NCBI RefSeq assembly: GCF_003334255.1
Contig: NZ_QOWU01000111.1
Source: Escherichia coli
Lineage (GTDB): Bacteria; Pseudomonadota; Gammaproteobacteria; Enterobacterales; Enterobacteriaceae
Length of the DNA stretch: 4,153 nucleotides
Strand: one strand, 5' to 3'
Of this stretch, positions 1 through 4,153 are shown piece by piece. The position numbers and the translations under genes are program-made. The notes under the pieces were generated by a model. That model did no database searches. It had not been told where the DNA came from and saw only the letters and a list, made by a program, of their open reading frames with translations. Numbering within the stretch: position 1 is the first letter of the stretch; each line of letters starts with the position of its first letter.

Positions 1-114
1 ACGCGAGGCATCGTCTTAACGAGGCACCGAGGCGTCGCATTCTTCAGATGGTTCAACCCTTAAGTTAGCGCTTATGGGTTCAAGTCCCCGATGGCGGTCC
101 ATTATCTGCATCAT

Positions 115-191
115 GCGTTGTTAGCTCAGCCGGACAGAGCAATTGCCTTCTAAGCAATCGGTCACTGGTTCGAATCCAGTACAGCGCGCCA
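115..191 (+). tRNA. tRNA-Arg, anticodon TCT (decodes AGA), 77 nt with encoded CCA
   Basis: Hand-folded cloverleaf. Acceptor 115-121 GCGTTGT pairs with 181-187 ACAGCGC (one G-U pair). D stem GCTC 124-127 / GAGC 137-140. Anticodon stem ATTGC 142-146 / GCAAT 154-158 with 7-nt loop CTTCTAA, anticodon TCT at 149-151. 5-nt variable loop. T stem ACTGG 164-168 / CCAGT 176-180 with loop TTCGAAT. Discriminator G188, CCA 189-191. Resembles the argO/argN-type tRNAs carried in lambdoid late regions (from memory, not searched). Confidence 0.85.
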
Positions 192-298
192 TATTCATTC
201 TTCCAGATTCCTTTCGGCAGAGCCTTATACTGAAATATACCTGGCTCAGGATATTGTTGAAAATATTATATGTTTGTCAAAAATAAAAGTTCTGTTAA

Positions 299-655
299 GT
301 GTTGATTGAGTGTTTGTTATACGGTCTAATGGTTTTTTCAGCATTAAATATTTATCATTCATATGGTGTGGGTAGAGTGAATATTGATGAGGCGTCGGGG
401 TGTTTCATCCTTAGGCAGCGTATTGATATAGTCAATGCAGAACGAGCAAAGGCCTTCAGCCGTTTGACAGTTTTGTTCTGTACTCCTGATCGTCTTTCGG
501 GAAGAGACGTTATTATTCTGAATAGTGATGCTATACAGAGGGTTTGCGATGAGTTCATGGTGGCTAATTCAGAATTATTTGCTCTTGTTCAGGAGTACAA
601 CAGAATAGCCAGGACCTGTGGTATGGATGAACTTCGGATTACTCATCTGGGGTAG
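299..655 (+). CDS. hypothetical protein (118 codons as drawn; true start uncertain, candidates GTG299, ATG329, GTG377)
   Basis: Open frame from the six-frame track ending at TAG 653-655. No convincing Shine-Dalgarno in front of any candidate start. 6 of 11 Arg codons are AGA/AGG (3 AGA, 3 AGG), directly beside a tRNA-Arg(TCT). AT-rich promoter-like stretch 250-298 upstream. No domain recognised by eye. Confidence 0.3.
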   Translation: MLIECLLYGLMVFSALNIYHSYGVGRVNIDEASGCFILRQRIDIVNAERAKAFSRLTVLFCTPDRLSGRDVIILNSDAIQRVCDEFMVANSELFALVQEYNRIARTCGMDELRITHLG

Positions 656-735
656 ATACATATCTGGATTATCACCGGTTACGGTAAAAAGTGATTGCTT
701 ACTGTTTTTGTGAATGGCATTGCAGCAGCCGGATA

Positions 736-822
736 ATGTCAGTGCTGGCTGACGGTGTGCTGGTGGCGGGTGTGGTGGTTGCTGCTTTCCCGTTGCTGAA
801 AAAGAAAACGCCAGACTGTTAG
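736..822 (+). CDS. candidate small hydrophobic peptide, 28 aa (MSVLADGVLVAGVVVAAFPLLKKKTPDC); frame is open back to GTG691, which would give 43 aa
   Basis: ATG 736, TAG 820-822. One uninterrupted hydrophobic stretch of about 17 residues followed by KKK, typical of small single-pass membrane peptides (type I toxin-like or leader-like). GC-rich, E. coli-like codon choice. Only a weak SD (GGAT/CCGGA) upstream. Below the ORF-track length cut-off, so found by reading. Confidence 0.2.
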   Translation: MSVLADGVLVAGVVVAAFPLLKKKTPDC

Positions 823-1047
823 CCGGGTATCAGTTAGCGGGAGAAATTTTTAAATACTTCACAATTCAGGCGGTTGACTGTTGTCTGGTTTGCGGGGAGT
901 TTGTTAAAAGAAACTGGCATGGTGAATCCCCCTGTGCGGAGGGGCAATCAGCGAGTAGGTATATGGGATAATCGCGGATTCAGGTGCTGGTACTGAATTC
1001 ACCGGGAGGCACCCGGCACCATGCAATGGCACATAGCGCCACTCTCC

Positions 1048-1083
1048 AGCCCCTCTCCGGAGGGGCTGTTTATATTGATTTTG
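1048..1083 (+). terminator. Rho-independent terminator candidate, plus-strand orientation
   Basis: Perfect 8-bp GC-rich stem AGCCCCTC (1048-1055) / GAGGGGCT (1060-1067) with 4-nt loop TCCG, followed by GTTTATATTGATTTTG. On the minus strand the same hairpin is followed by GGAGAGTGG (no U tract), so it looks unidirectional. Confidence 0.5.
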
Positions 1084-1102
1084 TCAGATGTGAGTAAACT
1101 CC

Positions 1103-1438
1103 TTATGGACTTTGTTGTTTTAGCCCATAAGGACATATTTGCAGAGTGCAACGGTTATTAAAGCATTCATTCAATACGTTATCTGTATTTGTAGGGCATT
1201 CCTGGCTGTTTTTGATTAAATTCCAGAATGTTTTATTGAATGGTACTACGTTGTAAATGGTTACAGGCAGCACTTTGTTATTGAGCATGATGCCTGTGTG
1301 AGTCAGTGTAAATATACTTTCAGGAGGTAAGAAAGCATCCGATTGATACCAGATTATTAATTTTATTTTACTCCATATGACTGAAAAAGATATTCCGCAT
1401 GATGGCTGGATAACTGTATCAATCACAATCCACTTCAT
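1103..1438 (-). CDS. hypothetical protein, 111 aa, AT-rich moron-like gene convergent with the late operon
   Basis: Only long ORF in a roughly 30-35% GC block (hand count of subsegments) where the plus strand is littered with stops in all frames. SD AAGGA about 6-7 nt upstream of the ATG at 1438 (minus-strand reading AAGGAAACTAA-ATG). Cys-containing C-terminal segment ([26 protein letters not shown]). No family recognised. Confidence 0.4.
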   Translation of the reverse strand: MKWIVIDTVIQPSCGISFSVIWSKIKLIIWYQSDAFLPPESIFTLTHTGIMLNNKVLPVTIYNVVPFNKTFWNLIKNSQECPTNTDNVLNECFNNRCTLQICPYGLKQQSP

Positions 1439-1478
1439 TTAGTTTCCTTGTTTATGCCTTGCTGGTGATGTTCTGAAA

Positions 1479-1505
1479 AGTATAAATGATATTTTTGATT
1501 GTAAA
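1479..1505 (-). promoter_or_regulatory. possible sigma70 promoter for the minus-strand 111-aa ORF
   Basis: On the minus strand: -35-like TTTACA (plus coords 1500-1505), 15-nt spacer, -10-like TATACT (plus coords 1479-1484), about 40 nt upstream of the ATG at 1438. AT-rich context makes chance matches likely and the spacer is short. Confidence 0.2.
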
Positions 1506-1683
1506 CCATAGATCAGAATTATTTTTCTGATGTTGTTTATTGTTTATTTAAATGCAGGGTGGTTTATATCTCGTCTTGTAGTTTATCCATGCATATCTGC
1601 TTGATGATGAGGTTTTTAATTAAGGTATGGTTTTGTGTTTTTTCTGTATTACATGTCAGGTATTTTAAAGAATCATTTTTCAG

Positions 1684-1887
1684 ATGGTGGAAAGAACCAT
1701 GGCATTTAAACACTATGATGTTGTCAGGGCGGCGTCGCCGTCAGATCTTGCGGAAAAGCTGACACATAAACTGAAAGAGGGCTGGCAGCCGTTTGGTAGT
1801 CCGGTGGCCATAACCCCTTATACCCTGATGCAGGCGATTGCAGCAGAAGGTGATGTGGTGGTCAGTGGTGCAACTGAGCCGGAGTGA
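1684..1887 (+). CDS. DUF1737-like small phage protein (67 aa from ATG1684; alternative start ATG1699 preceded by GGTGGAAAG)
   Basis: Sequence MAFKHYDVVRAASPSDLAEKL...GWQPFGSPV resembles, from memory, the DUF1737 domain that occurs as small standalone prophage proteins and as the N-terminus of nanS-p-type esterases found between Q/stx and S in lambdoid prophages. Stop TGA 1885-1887. Confidence 0.6.
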   Translation: MVERTMAFKHYDVVRAASPSDLAEKLTHKLKEGWQPFGSPVAITPYTLMQAIAAEGDVVVSGATEPE

Positions 1888-2042
1888 TACTACGTCATCG
1901 TACTGGCCCGGCATTCCAGGCCATAAAAGACGGTCTGGCAGTGGGACTAAATGCACTGACGCTGACGGATATTACCAAAAATGCAACGTATGGCGTTGAG
2001 ATAGAAAGTCTGGTGCTGGAGATAAATGCACCGGCATCATCA
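1878..2042 (+). pseudogene. possible 3' remnant of a larger gene (frame shifted relative to the DUF1737 ORF)
   Basis: A different frame is open from 1878 to TAA 2040-2042 and translates to a protein-like tail (...[50 protein letters not shown]) with no ATG start (only GTG1884). Together with the upstream DUF1737 ORF this looks like an internally deleted multi-domain gene. Could alternatively be a small overlapping ORF or chance. Confidence 0.3.
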
Positions 2043-2130
2043 TAAAAAGTGAGCCAGTCAAATGGAAGGTATCGTTAAACTCACCGGTAGTGTCAGTGGG
2101 TCGTCTGAGACGCCTGCATGAGTTATCAGA

Positions 2131-2160
2131 GCCATCAGTACTTAACTGGTGGCTTTTTTA
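2131..2160 (+). terminator. Rho-independent terminator immediately upstream of the holin gene
   Basis: 8-bp stem GCCATCAG (2131-2138) / CTGGTGGC (2146-2153) with one G-U pair, 7-nt loop TACTTAA, followed by TTTTTT (2154-2159). Confidence 0.6.
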
Positions 2161-2194
2161 TTGTTGTCAGCTTCCGGATAACGGGAGACGGGGT

Positions 2195-2410
2195 ATGTAC
2201 CAGATGGAAAAAATCACAACAGGTGTGTCATACACCACGTCAGCGGTGGGAACGGGCTACTGGTTCCTGCAGTTGCTGGACAGGGTTTCCCCGTCTCAGT
2301 GGGCGGCAATAGGCGTGCTGGGGAGTCTGCTGTTTGGGCTGCTGACATATCTGACTAACCTGTATTTCAAAATCAAAGAGGACCGGCGTAAGGCGGCGCG
2401 GGGAGAGTAA
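2195..2410 (+). CDS. S: class II holin (phage 21 S21-like pinholin), 71 aa, probable dual start Met1/Met4
   Basis: Protein [71 protein letters not shown] is near-identical in the C-terminal two thirds to phage 21 S as I recall it. Two TMDs (a Gly/Ala/Ser/Thr-rich TMD1 and a hydrophobic TMD2) with a charged C-tail. SD GGAGA before ATG2195, second in-frame ATG at 2204. The ORF-track entry 2090..2410 is the same frame, but its extension runs through the terminator hairpin. Confidence 0.9.
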   Translation: MYQMEKITTGVSYTTSAVGTGYWFLQLLDRVSPSQWAAIGVLGSLLFGLLTYLTNLYFKIKEDRRKAARGE

Positions 2411-2414
2411 AGTG

Positions 2415-3305
2415 ATGAATAAAAAATATGAACTGGTTGTTAAGGGGATAAATAATTACGGGGATAAGGTTACTGTTACTGTGAAGCCGGAAGGTGACGG
2501 GCAAGCGTCGCTGTTGTTGCCAGATGTGGCGATTAGTCTTGACCGTACTGAAGGTGCCACGCTGGAGTTTTACGAAGCTGAGGCGAAAAAGCAGGCGAAG
2601 CAGTTTTTCATGGATGTTGCTGCCGGGTTATGTGAAGGGGATGGTCCGTTGCCGGAAAAGCGCCCCGTAATTTTAGAGGCGCAGGATGTGTTGATAACCT
2701 ACAAAGGAAAGCTACCGGGAAGAATTACTTGTTCTCTGAAGATGCCGCCGTCAACACTGCGGTCAGAAAAAGATGATGTTGAATCACGTATTGAAAAACT
2801 GGAGAGCTACGTCGTTGAGCTGAATAAGAAATGGTCGATATTGGTGCCTTCTGGCGATGAAAAGCAGTTTGCTGCGTTTGACGATTATTGTCGGAAAGTG
2901 ATGAGCAGAAATCTCGCAGAGTGTTTCAGTATTCATAATGATAATTTCAGTGACCCGGAATGGGAGTGTAACCGGCCATCCTTTGTTGTATCCGGTGATG
3001 CTGGGAAAATAACCATCTCAGAAAATGGGAAAGTAACACCTCCATCGCACCAGCACAGTGAGGAGCTCATTGAATTTGCCATTGATTACCTGAAGAACAA
3101 TAAAAAGCAGGGGCTGATGAAGCGCGTTGGCCGTTGCATGGGATATCTGCAGGTAGCTGCTGAGATTGAAGCGCTGGCCAGTGGTGCTGATAAGGATGCA
3201 ATTGTGCGGGAGGCTCTTCTTCGTGATTTTAATACTCCACCCTTTAAAAAAGTGCCGGCTTACTGGCTTCATCCGGGGCTGACTTATCTTAAAGTGCGTA
3301 TTTAG
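2415..3305 (+). CDS. hypothetical protein, 296 aa, inserted between holin and endolysin (function unknown)
   Basis: Long clean ORF with ATG at 2415 (GTG at 2412 also in frame). SD GGGAGAG at 2401-2407 sits 7 nt upstream and overlaps the last codons of S, whose TAA stop (2408-2410) lies between SD and start, i.e. translational coupling. No signal peptide or TM segment and no catalytic motif recognisable by eye. Stop TAG 3303-3305. Confidence 0.7.
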   Translation: MNKKYELVVKGINNYGDKVTVTVKPEGDGQASLLLPDVAISLDRTEGATLEFYEAEAKKQAKQFFMDVAAGLCEGDGPLPEKRPVILEAQDVLITYKGKLPGRITCSLKMPPSTLRSEKDDVESRIEKLESYVVELNKKWSILVPSGDEKQFAAFDDYCRKVMSRNLAECFSIHNDNFSDPEWECNRPSFVVSGDAGKITISENGKVTPPSHQHSEELIEFAIDYLKNNKKQGLMKRVGRCMGYLQVAAEIEALASGADKDAIVREALLRDFNTPPFKKVPAYWLHPGLTYLKVRI

Positions 3306-3341
3306 TGGGCCAGGGACAGCGGCTGAATATTTAATATATCC

Positions 3342-3875
3342 ATGAACACCAAAATCAAATACGGCCTGTCGGCTGCCGTTCTGGCGCTGATTGCCGCTGG
3401 TGCGCCTGCGCCTGACATTCTCGACCAGTTTCTGGATGAAAAGGAAGGCAAGCACACCACAGCATACCGTGATGGTGCGGGTATCTGGACCATCTGCCGA
3501 GGTGCCATCATGGTGGATGGTAAGCCTGTGATTCCTGGCATGAAGCTGTCGAAGGAAAAATGCGACTGGGTTAACACTATCGAACGGGATAAGGCGCTGG
3601 CGTGGGTGGAGAAAAACATCAGAGTGCCACTGACCGAACCCCAGAAAGCGGGGATCGCGTCATTCTGTCCGTACAACATTGGTCCCGGTAAGTGTTTCCC
3701 GTCGACGTTTTACAGACGAATTAATGCTGGTGATCGAAAAGGTGCCTGCGAAGCGATTCGCTGGTGGATTAAGGACGGTGGCAGAGACTGCCGTATTCGT
3801 TCAAACAACTGTTACGGTCAAGTATCCCGTCGTGACCAGGAGAGCGCGCTGGCGTGCTGGGGTATCGACAGATAA
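3342..3875 (+). CDS. R: SAR endolysin (phage 21 R21-type lysozyme, T4-lysozyme fold), 177 aa
   Basis: N-terminal weakly hydrophobic Gly/Ala-rich signal-anchor-release segment (GLSAAVLALIAAGAPAP). Catalytic triad spacing E35-x8-D44-x5-T50 (EGKHTTAYRDGAGIWT) seen directly. Overall very close to lambdoid/Stx-phage R proteins as I recall them. No strong SD upstream (36-nt gap after the previous stop). Confidence 0.92.
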   Translation: MNTKIKYGLSAAVLALIAAGAPAPDILDQFLDEKEGKHTTAYRDGAGIWTICRGAIMVDGKPVIPGMKLSKEKCDWVNTIERDKALAWVEKNIRVPLTEPQKAGIASFCPYNIGPGKCFPSTFYRRINAGDRKGACEAIRWWIKDGGRDCRIRSNNCYGQVSRRDQESALACWGIDR

Positions 3876-3965
3876 GCAGAATATTTTGCTGAAAAATGAG
3901 GAATGGCCACGCGGGCGGATAACACGAAATCCTGCGAACTGGCGAAACGTAAGTGAATAAAAGTA

Positions 3966-4008
3966 AAAACCCCGTTTGTTGGCACCAAGCGAGGTTTTGT
4001 GTTTCTGA
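3966..4008 (+). terminator. weak candidate stem-loop/terminator downstream of R
   Basis: AAAACCCCG (3966-3974) can pair with CGAGGTTTT (3990-3998) with one mismatch around a 15-nt loop, followed by GTGTTTCTG. The stem is A/U-rich at its base and the loop is long, so this is marginal. Confidence 0.2.
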
Positions 4009-4031
4009 CCTTGAGTAAGGCAAGGGAGAAC

Positions 4032-4153
4032 ATGGCGAAGTATAAACGAATTCTGTTGAGGTTGACTATGAAAAATGGCCTTGAACTGAAAGCGCCTGTA
4101 ACTGATGACATCAGCAGAGCACTGGCTTTTGCCATTAAGTGGGTGGCGGTCGG
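4032..4153 (+). CDS. hypothetical protein, 5' partial (runs off window end); occupies the slot between R and the expected spanin genes
   Basis: ATG4032 preceded by purine-rich SD AGGGAGA (4023-4029). Frame open to the window end (MAKYKRILLRLTMKNGLELKAPVTDDISRALAFAIKWVAV...). N-terminus is not TM-like, so not an Rz i-spanin. In Stx-type prophages an antirepressor-like gene sits between R and Rz (recollection), which may be what this is. Confidence 0.45.
   Translation, partial: MAKYKRILLRLTMKNGLELKAPVTDDISRALAFAIKWVAV

Noticed and set aside
1-110. Possible second tRNA gene, or 3' end of an upstream CDS (frame 3 reads to TAG 64-66)
   Set aside because: T-loop-like motifs are present but no acceptor/T-stem pairing could be built by hand, and the short open frames at the window edge have no support. 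Kept only as a possible tRNA remnant in the findings.
355-558. Minus-strand 67-aa ORF inside the 118-codon plus-strand ORF
   Set aside because: No RBS-like sequence and no recognisable product. It cannot be excluded rigorously, but there is nothing to favour it.
874-903. TTGACT -35-like hexamer at 874-879 as a late-promoter (pR'-like) element
   Set aside because: No acceptable -10 hexamer at 16-18 bp spacing (GAGTTT, GGAGTT, AGTTTG). Not supportable.
1021-1161. 46-codon plus-strand ORF starting at ATG1021
   Set aside because: It reads straight through the terminator hairpin and T tract and into the AT-rich block. More likely chance.
1559-1956. ORFs 1559..1762 (+) and 1741..1956 (-)
   Set aside because: Both overlap the DUF1737-like ORF in other frames or antisense. 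The first starts in an AT-rich spacer with Phe/Cys-rich low-complexity translation typical of spurious AT-rich frames.
2090-2194. N-terminal extension of the holin ORF (track entry 2090..2410, 106 aa)
   Set aside because: The extension runs through a strong terminator hairpin at 2131-2160 and has no counterpart in S21-type holins. ATG2195 has an SD and gives the canonical 71-aa product.
2118-2312. 64-aa ORF in an alternative plus frame overlapping the holin gene
   Set aside because: It completely overlaps the confidently identified holin frame. Shadow ORF.
3018-3679. Minus-strand ORFs 3018..3455 (145 aa) and 3302..3679 (125 aa)
   Set aside because: Antisense to the 296-aa ORF and to the R endolysin, whose frame is unambiguous. 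No RBS evidence. Typical shadow ORFs.
3679-4135. ORFs 3679..3960 (+), 3769..4023 (-) and 3818..4135 (-)
   Set aside because: The first is an alternative frame inside R. The minus-strand ones overlap the R 3' end and are antisense to the plus-strand ORF at 4032, which has a strong SD. None has its own supporting signal.
1-4153. CRISPR array, IS element/transposase, integrase or att site, stx-like toxin genes
   Set aside because: No direct-repeat/spacer periodicity, no terminal inverted repeats flanking a transposase-sized ORF, and no ORFs resembling Stx A or B subunits were seen on either strand.

Overview
The window reads as part of the late region of a lambdoid (phage 21 / Stx-phage-like) prophage, all read by hand from the sequence with no searches run. 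It holds a phage-borne tRNA-Arg(TCT) at 115-191, then a ~2 kb cargo slot (192-2194), then a lysis cassette. The cargo slot contains a start-ambiguous 118-codon ORF rich in AGA/AGG codons, a 28-codon hydrophobic-peptide ORF, a GC-rich stretch ending in an intrinsic terminator, an AT-rich 111-codon ORF on the minus strand, and a DUF1737-like small ORF followed by what looks like the collapsed tail of a larger gene. The lysis cassette is a class II pinholin S (2195-2410) and a SAR endolysin R (3342-3875), confidently recognised. They are separated by an unrecognised 296-aa gene (2415-3305) that is translationally coupled to S; this is the most interesting item. No Rz/Rz1 spanin follows R; instead a new ORF with a good RBS starts at 4032 and runs off the window. 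Secondary candidates are the AT-rich convergent ORF and the small peptide/structured region. All functional calls for the unknown ORFs are inference.
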